DNA from: the human T2T-CHM13v2.0 reference genome, Homo sapiens
Assembly (NCBI RefSeq): GCF_009914755.1
Contig: NC_060929.1
DNA: 64,000 nt
Direction: 5' to 3' (one strand)
Shown here: piece after piece, positions 1 through 19,600 of the stretch
Numbering within the stretch: the stretch's first letter is position 1
How the letters are laid out: each line of letters opens with the position of its first letter
Notes under the pieces: model-generated
What the model saw: only the letters and a program-made list of their open reading frames with translations
Database searches by the model: none
What the model was told of the DNA's origin: nothing
Translations under genes and position numbers: made by a program

Positions 1-579
1 AGTGTTTTTACATGTAACTAGGTGTGACTGTTCAATAGCCATTATTGAAAAAACAGAGAGTGAAATTATATGTAATTACTTACTATCCTATTCCTGTCTC
101 AATTTGTATATATCATATGGTGACTGACATCGTGTCAATTGCCCCCTAAAAATCTAAAACTTAAATTGTGCTCTTCAAAAGGGCTGTGCTGTGTTTTGTT
201 CTTTTTTTAAATCCTATCATTTAACAGAATGCCTGATTACAGGAGAAAAGAGCTATATGAATAAATAAATGAATCATTGCATCAAAAAATTAGTTGCTTA
301 ATCTTAGAAGGCTGAAATGAAGAAATTATATAAAAATCCAATCCAAAATTGTTTCCAGAGCTGTTAAGAAAAATTAACCACAGACCAGTGACCACAATAT
401 TTGTTAGCTTGCTGGGTTTATCCTTCTCTACTTTATTATTTCCAGGTTGAGGTCATCTCTATTTTAATTTCATATCATCACTAAACAAACAGTGTTCATG
501 TAACTGAATTTTGTTTCTAGAGTGTATTTGAATTACATAAAAAATAACAGTCACTTTGGGGCCCTTCATGGATTCCAGG

Positions 580-890
580 ATTCACTTATTTACTCACTCC
601 ACACATACACTTACTGAACACTTTCTAAGAAATAAGTGCTAAGGATAGAAATATGAATAAAATACAGTCCCTACTAATTATAAGTATACAGTTTAACCAT
701 TGGAAAAGGCTGCAAAAGACCATTATGCAATGTTTTAGGTGCTACAGAAGTGAGCTCAAAATGCTAAGGAAGAATGGGAAAGGGAATCATCAGAGAAGAG
801 GTGTGAACTCAGTCGTGTTAGAAGACAAGTTTTTCAAAAAAAAAACAAAAAACAAAAAGGGTAGGGCATTGTAGGAAAAAGGTTAATGAC
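580..890 (-). mobile_element. L2 LINE 3' fragment (ancient)
   Basis: ttcacttatttactcactc...cttactgaacactt...gtgctaaggatagaaatatgaataaaatacagtccct resembles the reverse complement of the L2 3' end; boundaries approximate. Confidence 0.55.
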
Positions 891-2248
891 AAATAGGACT
901 TTCCTCACATAGGTGGCCATAGGTGGCTGGGTGGATGTGTGGACACATCCCAATACAGACGGCACATCACTGTCTGAGGTTTCTTTGAACTAGCCCATGC
1001 ATACTGGTGGGCTTGATGCCTGTCTGCTCCTTCCACTTCTTGCCTTGCTTTCCTCTAGATTTCAGAGTTTTCATTTCCCTTGGGCCAGCTTCTGACTCCT
1101 CTTGGTCAAATCTTACTACTGACATCTCTGTGATTCTCCTGTAACCATGCCTCCTTGATTATGGATAAAAATTTGTCCTATTACAATACAAGCCAGAATC
1201 TGCTGGACATTGTCTTTGGCTCAAGTCTGTGTAATGGGCAGAAGATCTCAGTTGACTTTGGACAAGTCACTTTTCTTTCTAAGCCTTGGTTTTCTTAACA
1301 AAATGCAACATTTTTGATACAGACAGGGAAATGTTGGGTAGAGGAGGGCGGTTCTCTGGCAAAGGCCCCACCCCCAAGCCTGGAGACCCACAGCCCTAAG
1401 TGGGAACAGGCATTTCTGTTTTTGCACCAAAAACATCGCCTTTTGGCCCCTCACACCTCCCTATCCTATACCCATATAACTCCCAAACCCCAGGGTGCAG
1501 AGGCAGACAAACAGATGAGGAGAGGAGGAGAAAACACAAGAAGACAAGCAGACACCAGCAGAATGGCATGGCGGAGAAAGAGAGAAGGGAAGGAACATCT
1601 GAATGCCAAGAGGAGTTTGGCAGGGGACGGTCAGAGGGGAGTTCAGCCACTGGACAGCCAAACTCCAGGGGAAGATCATCTTCCCACTCAATCTGTCTTC
1701 CAGCTCCCCATCCATCCTGCTGAGAGCCACCCCCACCACTCAATAAAACCCCACATTCCAGCCCCAGTCAGGGGCTTATAATAGATAAAACTCCCATCTC
1801 CCTGGGACAGAGCACCTGGGGGAAGGGGCGGCTGTGGGCACAGCTTCAGCAGGCAGAAATTCCTGCCTGCTGGCCCTGAAGAGAGCAGTGGATCTCCCAG
1901 CGCAGGCTCGAGCTCTGCTAAGGGACAGACTACCTCCTCAAGTGGGTCCCTGACCCCCGTGCCTCCTGTCTGGGAGACACCTCCCAGCAGGGGTCGACAG
2001 ACACCTCATACAGGAGAGCTCTGGCTGGCATCTAGCAGGTGCCCCTCTGGGACGAAGCTTCCAGAGAAAGAAGCCGGCAGCAATCTTTGCTGTTTTGCAG
2101 CCTCTGCTGGTGATACCCTGGCAAACAGGGTCTAGAGTGGACCTCCAGCAAACTCTAGCAGGCCTGCAGAAGAGGGGACTGACTGCTAGAAGGAAAACTA
2201 ACAAACAGAAAGTAATAGCATCAACATCAACAAAAAGGACACCCACAC

Positions 2249-3644
<1,396 letters not shown>

Positions 3645-3707
3645 AGACCATCAACACTATGGAGAAACTGCAACAACTACTGGGTAAAATAACCAGCTAG
3701 TATCAAA

Positions 3708-5945
3708 ATGGCAGGATCAAATTCACACATACCAATATTAACCTTAAATATAACCAGGCTAAATGTCCCAATCAAAAAGTATATCAAAAATTTTATCCAC
3801 CATGATCAAGGTGACTTTATCCCTGGGATGCAAGGCTGGTTCAACATATGCAAATCAATAAATATAATCCATCACATAAACAGAACCAATGACAAAAACC
3901 TTATGATATCCTCAATAGATGCAGAAAAGGCCTTCGATAAAATTCAACACCACTTCATTCTAAAAACACTGAATAAACTAGATATTGATGGGACGTATCT
4001 CAAAATAATAAAAGCTATTTACGACAAATCCATAGCCAATATCATACTGAATGGACAAAAGCTGGAAGCATTCCCTTTGAAAACAGGCACAAGACAAGGA
4101 TGCCCTCTCTCACCACTCCTATTCAACATAGTACTGGAAGTTCTGGCCAGAGCAATCAGGCAAGAGAAAGAAATAAAGGGTATTCAAATAAGAAGAGAGA
4201 AAGTCAAATTGTCTCTGTTTGCAGATGACATGATTGTGTATTTAGAAAACCTCATTATCTCAGCCCCCAAAATTTTAAAGCTGATAAGCAACTTCAGCAA
4301 AGTCTCAGGATACTAAATCAATGTGCAAAAATCACAAACATTCCTATACACCAATAATAAACAAAGAGCCAAATCATGAGTGAACTCCCATTCACAATTG
4401 CTACAAACAGAATAAAATACCTAGGAATACAACTTACAAGGGATGTGAAAGACCTCTTCAGGGAGAACTACAAACCACTCCTCAAGGAAATAAGAGAAGA
4501 CACAAACAAATGGAAAAACATTCCATGTTCATGGATAGGAAGAAGCAATATTGTGAAAATGGCCATGCTGCCCAAAGTAATATATAGATTCAATGCTATT
4601 CTCATCAAGCTACCATTGATTTTCTTCATAGAATTAGAAAAAAAACTACTTTAAATTTCATATGTAATCAAAAAGAGTCCGTATAGCCAAGACAATCCCA
4701 AGCAAAAAGAACAAAGCTGGTGGCATCGTGCTAGCTAACTTCAAACTATACTACAAGGTTACAGTAACCAAAACAGCATGGTACTGGTACCAAAACAGAT
4801 ATATAGACCAATGGAACAAAACAGAGTCCTCAGAAATAATGCCACACATCTACAATCATCTAATCTTTGACAAACCTGAGAAAAACAAGCAATGAGGAAA
4901 GGATTCCCTATTTAATAAATGCTGTTGGGAAAACTAGCTAGCCATATGCAGAAAACTGAAACTGGACCACTTCCTTACACCTTATACAAAAATTAACTTA
5001 AGATGGATTAAAGACTTAAATGTAAGACCTAAAACTGTAAATACCCTAGAAGAAAACCCAGGCAATAACATTCAGGAAATAGGCATGGGCAAAGACTTCA
5101 TGACTAAAACAGCAACACCAATTGCAACAAAAGCCAAAATTGACAAATGGGATCTAATTAAACTAAAGAGCTTCTGCACAGCAAAAGAAACTATCATCAG
5201 AGTGAACTGGCAACCTACAGAAAGGGAGAAAATGTTTGCAATCTATCCATCTGACAAAGGGCTAATATCCAGAATCTACAAGGAACTTAAACACATTTAC
5301 AAGAAAAAAACAAGCAACTCCATTGAAAAGTGGGCAAAGGATATGAACAGACACTTCTCAAAAGAAGACATTTATGCATCCAACAAATACTTGAAAAAAA
5401 CCTCATCATCACTGGTCATTAGAGAAACGCAAATCAAAACCACAATGAGATACCATTTCACACCAGTTAGAATGGTGATCATTAAAAAGTCAGGAAACAA
5501 CAGATGCTGGAGAGGATGTAGAGAAATAGGAACACTTATACACTGTTGGTGGGAGTGTAAATTAGTTCAACCATTGTGGAAGACAGTGTCGCAATTCCTC
5601 AAGGATCTAGAACCAGAAATACCATTTGACCCATCAATCCCATTACTGGGTATATACCCAAAGGATTATAAATCATTCTACTATAAAGACACATGCACAT
5701 GTATGTTTATTGCAGCACTATTCACGATAGCAAAGACTTGGAACCAACCCAAATGCCCATCAATGATAGACTGGATAAAGACAATGTGGCACATATACAT
5801 CATGGAATACTATGCAGCCATAAAAAAGAATAAGTTCATGTCCTTTGCAGGCACATGGATGAAGCTGGAAACCATCATTCTCAGCAAACTAACACAGGAA
5901 CAGAAAACCAAACACTGCATGTTCTCACTGATAAGCGGGAGTTAA
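3708..5945 (+). pseudogene. Disrupted L1 ORF2p (endonuclease deleted; RT and C-terminal remnants)
   Basis: [14 protein letters not shown]... is joined directly to IHHDQ...[14 protein letters not shown]...LFADD. Further pieces are ORFs 4376-4654 and 5085-5945. The span is 2238 nt against about 3.8 kb for intact ORF2. Confidence 0.9.
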
Positions 5946-6673
5946 ACCATGAGAACATATGGGCACAGGGAGGGGAACATCACACATAGGGGCTTGTCAG
6001 GGGTTTGGGCAAGGAAAGGGATAGCATTAGGAGAAATACCTAATGTAGATGATGGGTTGTTGGGTGCAGCAAACTGCCCTGGCAAATGTATACCAATGTA
6101 ACAAACCTGCACCTTCTGCATATGTATCCCAGAATTGAAAGTACATTAAAAAATAATAATAATGCAAAAAAAACCCCACTTTTATCCTTTAAGTCTATGT
6201 GTGACCCAATTCTTTCAGGATGCCGGGAAAGAGCTCAAGATACAGAAAGCTGTCACACTGACCCTCTGCCCTTGTGAAAAGGCAGAGGGTCAATTGAGCT
6301 TGTTAAAACTTAAGCCATCTGTGGACAGCAAGGCTAAAACAGCATTGTAAAACTGGGGCTGCAGGCATCCACCCCTAGACAATACTGCAAGGCCAGAGCC
6401 CAAAGCACTAACCCCAGCCTGTCAGGGGTTTGAGCAGTGGTGGCCACCCAACGGGCGAGCCACACCCCTGTCACACGTCCTGCAAGGGGGACCAGTGAAC
6501 TCTCCCATTTAATTTTCAATGAGGCTTATCCTGAACACTACATTAAATGAGGCAAACTGCCCTTTCCCCCTACCTCCATACAAACATTCCCAATTCCCTC
6601 ATCCTTGTCCTATATATAAAAAAAATTTCTCTAGCACTTATCTGATAATACTCAATTTATTTAGATATTATCG

Positions 6674-7210
6674 TGTGGTAAAGAATTTAACTTTGCCCAA
6701 AGAAAGCTCTGGCCATTGCCTTCAGCCACTGAGAGGTAATCTCTAAACCCTTTGGAGTATTCTGTTTGATAAAAGTGTCTTTGTTTACCTGGGAGATTGG
6801 GATATGCCCTAAGTCTAACAGTGGGATTTATGGTAGGAGCTTTGAATCACACAGAGTAAGCCCAACCTCCACAGGGACTGGAGACTGAGGTGGGTAGTTG
6901 ACCATGTATATGGGATGGGGCTTCAGTAAATACTGAACACTAAGTCTCAAGCTTCCTTGGTTGACAATACTCTGTGCTTGTTATTACACATTGCTGCCTG
7001 GAGGAGTTATCTCTGTTCACGACTCCACCAAGAGAAGAAATAGAAGCTCCACATTTACAATGCTCCTGGACTCTGCCTTGTGCATATTTTCTTGATTTAT
7101 TTTATCTGTATCTTTTCACTGTAATAAACTATAAATGATTATAACAATAAACTGTGCATGAGTATAACAGCTTCTAGTGAGTTCTGTGAATCCTTCTAGT
7201 GAATTATCAA
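6674..7210 (+). mobile_element. MER68-like (ERVL) LTR
   Basis: tgtggtaaagaatttaactttgcccaaaga... and ...gagtataacagcttctagtgagttctgtgaatccttctagtgaattatc match the remembered MER68B consensus. Confidence 0.7.
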
Positions 7211-7789
7211 CAAATGTTACTCAACAAATGTAACTACTCAGAAAGGCCATCTAGGATTTGGCCTAAAGAAGGGAGATGGTTTGGACTTTTCATAGTTCTG
7301 AATTGTCTTTCTTTGTGCAGGGATTTAGCTAAGCAGGTCTATAGAATTTGAAAAGAGGAAATGTGAACTTAAAGCCCAAATCAAAGATGAAACTATTCAC
7401 TTGCCTTGGTCTATTGATTTCGTATATTCATAGAAAGCAGATCTTTTAAAGCTGCTAATCTCATTCTTATTACATCAATAGTGTAAAGGCCGAGAGAGCA
7501 CCAGGAATGTATAGAGGCCCATTCTACTACATCTAAGTTACTCTACCTAATAAAATGTCATAATGTATGTGTTTATATGTGACTCCTGACCTCACCACTA
7601 CTAAGTCAATTAATCTGTTTCAGCTACATTAAAACAATTTCCAGACATCTATGCTTTAATTTATAATTCTAATCCGTTATTTCAATACTGTATGGAGATA
7701 GAAGTAGTCTAATTTGCTTATCACTGCCATGTATATATGATTTGGTTCAGAACTAAGCACAGTTGCATCTCTCTGGCCTAAGAAATGCC

Positions 7790-8035
7790 TATTCTGCCTC
7801 TTGCTTTCCATTTATTTGATAATAATACCAATTTATACCTTGTCACTGAGGCTAAAATAATAAATACATACACAATTTTTGAAAGTCAACCTTTTACCTC
7901 ATCATTCCTATCCAGTCAAAATTCTTTTGATTTTACTTTCTAATATTCTTGCTGTTTGTCTGCTCCATATTCAATTCACATTGCCACTGTTTTGTGGATA
8001 TCTTTTGGTTCACATTTGCCTGGATTATCACCATG
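7790..8035 (+). mobile_element. L2 fragment
   Basis: cctatccagtcaaaattcttttgattttactttctaata...ttcacatttgcctggattatc is L2-like. Confidence 0.45.
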
Positions 8036-8049
8036 GAATTACACAATTA

Positions 8050-9378
8050 TGACACGGATGTTCTGAGTCTGGATGCAGCTAATTGGGCATCTGAGAAGCT
8101 TTCATGTTACCACTCAGATATGGAAGTTTGGATATGAAACATTTTGGGTCTTCTCAGTAAGCACAATTTGCCAACAAGCAGAAATCTAGAGAGCCGATGG
8201 CTAGCAACATAGATGGTGTGCAGCATTCTGGGAGAAGTATAGCACTTACAGTCACAGCAGACCACTGAAATAACCAGTTGTCTCCATACTCCTGAGCCCA
8301 GTTGAAAGGCAACAAGCTGGAGAGAGGCAATGAACCAGAAAATGAAGAAGGGACAAGTAAACATAGCAGACTGGGAAGTCATTCATTTCTCCCACATGCT
8401 AAGATCTGCAACCCGTTTTACCTGACAATAAACTCAATGAGGCTTTAAAGATGGGCTGGGGCATGAATTGCCAGATAATTCTCTGTTAAGGATAGGTTTT
8501 AGTAATGAAAAAAAAAAAATATATATATATATATATTTGCATTATATATACAGGCTTGTCATTGTCATATATATATATTACATTGTCATATATATCATTG
8601 TCATATATATGACAATGACAAACCTATATATATAGAATACAACCTTGGGTATCAAAAGATAGAGACTTGCAAAAAGCCCAGGGCTAGTTAAGTGTATTAG
8701 AGTAAAAATCCCGACTTTGTTTAGAGGCTGTTCTCTAGTTTTCCTGTCAAGAAGGAACTATTGGACAAGAATGAAAAGTAAAGACTACATAGAATTTAGT
8801 GAGAGATTTACATAAAATGGAAGTGTCTTCTAGAAATAAGACTTGATGTCAGTGATTGGGATTTATCCATATAAAGACATGAGGGTAATTTTCCATACCC
8901 ATAAAAGAGAGGGAGTGACTCTGGGTAGCCCTGGGTGATCAGCAGCCTAGAAAACCTTAGTAGTCATGCTAAGGCAGAATGGTGGCCACCTGAAAGCGGT
9001 CTCTGAGGGTGTGCAGGGAGTGAAGGAGAAAGTTTGCCAAGATCACAGTTCACATCATGATGGGATCTGGATGTTTCAGCTCTGTCTTCCTGTCTGCCGT
9101 GTGGCCACCTCTTCTCTAGAACCTTTTTGCTTCCTTGATCACTACCCAGAAAAAAAATCACATGTCATCTCTGAACTCTAGTCACCAAGTCTGACTGGCA
9201 TTTATGTTCATCTCAATGTTCAGATGGGGCCTGACTAAACACCTGAGTGCAAGACTCCCTTCTCAAGAACATCTTTCACCTCTTCATTGTATATTCCACC
9301 CCTAACTCTCCAGCTCCTCATGGTCCAGGGCATCTATTTCAGATAGAGGGGAAGGAAACCCTGCTCTGAGTTGTAACA
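8050..9378 (-). mobile_element. Possible ancient ~1.3-kb LTR (LTR78-like?)
   Basis: On the minus strand it starts TGTTACA and ends ...GTGTCA with LTR-like composition; family not confidently recognised. Confidence 0.3.
8508..8634. repeat. (TA)n-rich tract with foldback inverted repeat
   Basis: A-run and (AT)n, three cattgtcatatat units, and a perfect palindrome tcattgtcatatatatgacaatga at 8595-8618. Confidence 0.9.
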
Positions 9379-9721
9379 TGTATTTTATAGCTTCGAGTTC
9401 CCATGGGCCCTGTGATTTTAAAACCTAAAACCCTTACTCCTCTTTTCAGTTATAACTACCTTTCCCTAAGGCATGAATGTGGCAAGTTCTGGCTGCAGAC
9501 CAAGTGAGAAACAGGTCAAGTTTACAGGAAATGCCACTAGTTACTGTTTCCAAAGTGTTATCTCATCGCAATGTAATGGATTCTTCCATGGATTCACATG
9601 GAAATTAAAGGGCCTCTCCTATTATCATAACACAAGAAAACTGGAGAAACCTAGTTGCCAAAGAGAACAAATAATATGCTCAGATTAGAGAAATAAAGGC
9701 CTATATCATCACATACCAAAT

Positions 9722-12675
9722 TGTTTCATTCATTCATTTATTCATTCAACAGACACCTATCGAGCACCTGAATACCTACTATGTACCAGGTCATAGGCTC
9801 TGGGAATACAGCATGTAGAAATAAACAAAATAATCCCTACCCTGATAGAGTGTACATTCTAGTAGGAAGAGAGAGACAAAAATTAACCTAGACCAGTGGT
9901 TTGTAGTTCTCCTTGAAGAGGTCCTTCATATCCCTTGTAAATTGTATTCCTAGGTGTTTTATTCTTTTTGTAGCAATTAGGAATGGGAGTTCACTCATGA
10001 TTTGGCTCTGTGTTTGTCTATTATCGGTGTATAGGAATACTTGTGATTTTTGCACATTGTATCCTGAGACTTTGCTGAAGTTGCTTATCAGCTTAAGGAG
10101 ACTTTGGGTTGAGACGATGGGGTTTTCTAAATATACAATCATGTCATCTGTAAGTAGAGATGATTTGACTTCCTCTCTTCCTATTTGAATTCCCTTTATT
10201 GCTTTCTCTTGCCTGATTGCTCTGGCCAGAACTCCCAATATTATGTTGAATAGGAGTAGTGAGAGAGTGCATCCTTGTCTTGTGCCGGTTTTCAAAGGGA
10301 ATGCTTCCAGCTTTTGCCTATTCAGTATAATATTGGCTGTGGGTTTGTCATAAATAGCTTTTATTATTTTAAGATACAGTTTATTGAGAGTTTTTAGCAT
10401 AAAGGGGTGTTGAATTTTGTTGAAGGCCTTTTCTGCATCTATTGAGATAATCATATGGTTTTTGTCATTGGTTCTGTTTATGTGATGGATTACATTTATT
10501 GATTTGCATATGTTGAACCAGCTTTTCATCCCAGGGATGAAGCACACTTGATTGTGGTGGATAAGCTTTTTGATGTACTCCTGTATTTGGTTTGCCTGTA
10601 TTTTACTGAGGATTTTCACATCCATGTTCATCAAGCACATTGGCCTGAAATTTTCTTGTTTTGTTGTGTCTCTGCCAGGTTTTGGTATCAGGATGATGCT
10701 GGCCTCCTAAAATGAGTTAGTGTGGAGTCTGTCTTTCTGTTGTTTGCAATAGTTTCAGAAGAAATGGCACCAGCACCTCTTTGTACCTCTGGTAGAATTC
10801 GGCTGTGAGTTCATCTGGTCCTGGGCTTTTTTTGGTTGGTAGGCTATAAATTACTGCCTCCATAGGACACAAACAAATGGAAAAACATTCCATACTCATG
10901 GATAGGAAGTATCAATATCGTGAAAATGGCCATACTGTCCAAAAAATTTATAGATTCAATGCTATTCTCATCCAACTAGCATTGACTTTATTCATAGAAT
11001 TAGAAAAAAAATACTTTAAATTTCATATGGAATAAAAAAGAGCCTGTATAGCCAAGACAATCTTAAGTAAAAAGAACAAAGCTGGAGGCATCTTGCTACC
11101 TGATTTCAAACTATACTACAAGGCTACAGGAACCAAAACAGCATGGTAGTTGTACTGAAACAGATATATAGACCAATGGAACAAAACAGAGTCCTCAGAA
11201 ATAACGCCACACATCTATAACCATCAGATCTTTGACAAACCTGAGAAAAACAAGCAACAGGGAAGGGATTCCCTATTTAATACATGCTGTTGGGAAAACT
11301 AGCTAGCCATATGCAGAAAACTGAAACTGGACCACTTCCTTACACCTTATACAAAAATTAACTCAAGATAGAGTAAAGACTTAAATATAAGACCTAAAGC
11401 CATAAATACCCTAGAAGAAAACCTAGGCAATAACATTCAGGAGATAGGCATGGGCAAAGAATTCATGACTAAAACACCAAAAGCAATGCCAACAAAAGCC
11501 AAAATTGACAAATGGGATCTAATTAAACTGAAGAGCTTCTGCATAGCAAAAGAAACTATCATCGGAGTGAATTGGCAACCTACAGAAAAGGGAGAAAATG
11601 TTTGCAATCTATCCATCTGACAAAGGGCTAATATCCAAAATCTACAAAGAACTTAAACAAATTTACATAAAAATACAATCAATCCCATTGAAAATAGGTG
11701 AAGAATATGAACAGCCACTTCTCAAAAGAAGACATTTATCCAGCCAACAAACATATAAAAAAAGCTAATCATCACTGGTCATTAGAGAATGCAAATCAAA
11801 ACCACAATGAGATACCATCTCACACCAGTTAGAATGGTGATCATTAAAAAGTCAGGAAACAATAGATGCTAGAGAAGATGTGGAGTAATAGGAACACTTT
11901 TACAATGTTGCTGGCAGTGTAAATTAGTGCAACCATTGTGGAAGACAGGGTGGCGATTCCTCAAGGATCTAGGACCAGAAATACCATTTGACCCAGCAAT
12001 CCCATTACTGGGTATATACCCAAAGGATTATAAATCATTCTACTATAAAGACACATGCACACATATGTTTATTGCAGCACTATTCACAATAGCAAAGACC
12101 TGGAACCAACCCAAATGCCCATCAGTGATAGAATGGATAAAGAAAATGTGGCACATATACACCATGGAATACTATGCAGCGACATAGATGAAGCTGGAAA
12201 CCATCATTCTCAGAAAACTAACACAGGAACAGAAAACCAAACAACTCATGTTCTCACTCATAATTGGGAGTTGAACAATGAGAACATACGGACACAGCGA
12301 GGGGAACATCACACTTACAGGCCTGTCGGTGGGTGCGGGGCTAAGGGAGGGATAGCATTAGGAGAAATACCTAATGTAGATAATGGGTTGATGGGTGCAG
12401 TAAACCACCATGGCACATGTACACCTATGTAACAAACCTACACATTCCGCACATGTATCCCAGTACTTAAATTATATTAAAAAAATTAAGCTAGATAAGT
12501 AAAAGAAATATAGTATGATAATATTAAATGTTATGAAGAAAAGTAAAGCAGGGAAGGGGAGTGAAAAATTTATGAAGTATTACAGTTTTAAACAGCCAGA
12601 AAAAGGCCTCACTTAAAATAGAGATGATCAAATAAAGACATGAAAGAAGTGAGGGAGAATGTAATGTGGATTATC
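9722..12675 (-). mobile_element. L2 3' region split by an L1 (9722-9892 and 12481-12675)
   Basis: ttcattcattcatttattcattcaac...gagcacc...ctactatgtaccagg...tacattctagtagg continues after the L1 as taaatgttatgaagaaaagtaaagcaggg. Confidence 0.75.
9893..12480 (+). mobile_element. L1PA7-like, 5'-truncated with twin-priming inversion (9893-~10862 inverted; ~10863-12480 sense)
   Basis: Minus-strand RT ORF 9888-10640, then sense ORF2 3' part and 3'UTR; TSD aaaaattaacctaga (9878-9892) / aaaaattaagctaga (12481-12495). Confidence 0.95.
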
Positions 12676-14019
12676 TTTATAACAGTGATGAGGATTATGT
12701 GTCACAATTATTGATCTTTTACTATTCAATTATGCATTGTGCTAAAATGTTTATACTTTTTATTTCATTTACTATTGATAACATCTTCATGACCCAAATA
12801 CCATTATTAATTTCATTTACAGATGAGAAAAAATCAAGAATAATTTCTAACTTCACATAGCTACTTAATTCCAGAGCTTAAATCTGAACACCATACTACC
12901 TGACATAAAGCCTCTGAACTTGACTGGTATGCTCTGTATGTAAATAGTAATTATGCCCCAAAGAGTCTAGAAAGATGTTTAGTCAATTCTGACAGGCCCC
13001 TATATTACTCACTAACTTGCTTGAACTCATATGGTGGTGTTAAATATGACATTGTTGCTCTGTCGGTTCACCTTTTAGTTTTAAAAAGTTCACCTAAGAT
13101 CACCATCCCCAAATTCTTTTAAGTTTGGCCTCCTTCTGTTTTTCTATTCTTAACATACCCTGGCCAGGGCTTTAGTTTTAACCTGCTACCACCTATTGTT
13201 TAACGGCCAGAAGGCTTCATATCCCCCTTAAAAAGAACGACAAGAAAATTGTTTGCCCAATGTTCTCTCTCTGTCTTTTTTTTTTTTTAGTGGAGCATTG
13301 TTTTTCTGTGTACAGTAATCCCTGTTTCAATCTCAAAGAATCAGATTCGTCTATATAGAGTAGGCAGCCAGCAATTTGACAGCAAACCTGAAAGAAGCAA
13401 TGTTGCCTAGTAAGAATCAATTCTTAAAGAGTAAGTACTTTGACTACACTACAAACAAATACCTAACATATACATTTATAGTTCAGTCGAATGGGCTCAC
13501 AGTAGGGATAATCAGATTGTAGTACCCATCTTACAATGCTGTTCTAGCCAAGCCCACCCTTGTCTGAGACCACTATATATTTTATTTTCATATGTATTAT
13601 CTTCGAGCCTCAGATTCAGTAAATATGATGTAACCAGTACATTAAAAAGCCAGAACTCAGCAGGGCACAAATTTGGACCTGTTTTATTTTTCTCCAATCA
13701 CTGCTTTTTAAGTTCTATTTCCTTTCATATACAAACAGCCCAGAGATACACCAGCAATTGTATTTTTCCTAAGGAGATATCTAACCAAAGAATTATCGGT
13801 TTTTCCTGTTTGTAGTCACCCTGATTTGCTGAGTGACTCTCTTGAAATTTAAAATTTTCTTCTTTGATTTAGGAGTTTTGCTACCTATGTTAGGTCTTTA
13901 AAACATATGGAGATTATTTAGCATATACTGTTCTAAATTTAGGGGTTTTAACCACAATCCTGAGACAATAGTAAAAATTTCATTCAAAACTCCATAACAG
14001 AAATATTCAAAATTGTTTC

Positions 14020-18964
<4,945 letters not shown>

Positions 18965-18967
18965 TTT

Positions 18968-19600
18968 GATGCTATCCCTCCCCTACCTCCCCAACCCCCC
19001 ACCAGGCCTCTATGTGTGATGTTCCCCTCGCTGTTTCCATATATTCTCATTGTTCAACTCCCACTTATGAGTGAGAAAATGAGTGAGAACTTATGAGTGA
19101 GAACACTAATAAATGCTCACAAGTTTACTTATGCTTACTGTTGGCATGATATATTTTTCTCACACATTTCTTTCAATCTATTTATGTGCTTATATTTAAA
19201 GTGCATCATTTGGAAACTGCATTTAGTTGGATATTGATTTTCTGTTACTGTGTCAGTTTTCTGAGAATGATGGTTTCTAGCTTCATCCATGTCACTGCAA
19301 AAGATATGAACTCATCCTTTTTATGACTGCATAGTATTCCATGGTGTATATGTGCCACATTTTCTTTATCTAGTCTATCATTGATGGGCATTTGGGGTGG
19401 TTCCAAGTCTTTGCTATTGTGAACAGTGCTGCAATAAACATACATGTGCATGTGTCTTTATAGTAGAATTATTTATAATCCTTTGGGTATATACTCAGTA
19501 ATGGGACTGTTGGGTCAAATGGTATTTCTGGTTCTAGATCCTTGAGGAATCGCCACACTGTCTTCCACAATGGTTGAACTAATTTGCACTCTCACCAACC
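18968..19600 (-). mobile_element. L1PA (PA7-like) 3' fragment without a poly-A tail, carrying a templated insertion
   Basis: Reverse-complement of the L1PA ORF2 end and 3'UTR (atgctatccctcccct...ccttgaggaatcgccacac), interrupted at 19103-19238. Confidence 0.85.

Noticed and set aside
1314-1781. 155-aa ORF and overlapping ORFs
   Set aside because: They lie in a GC-rich LTR and show no recognisable protein similarity; chance ORFs.
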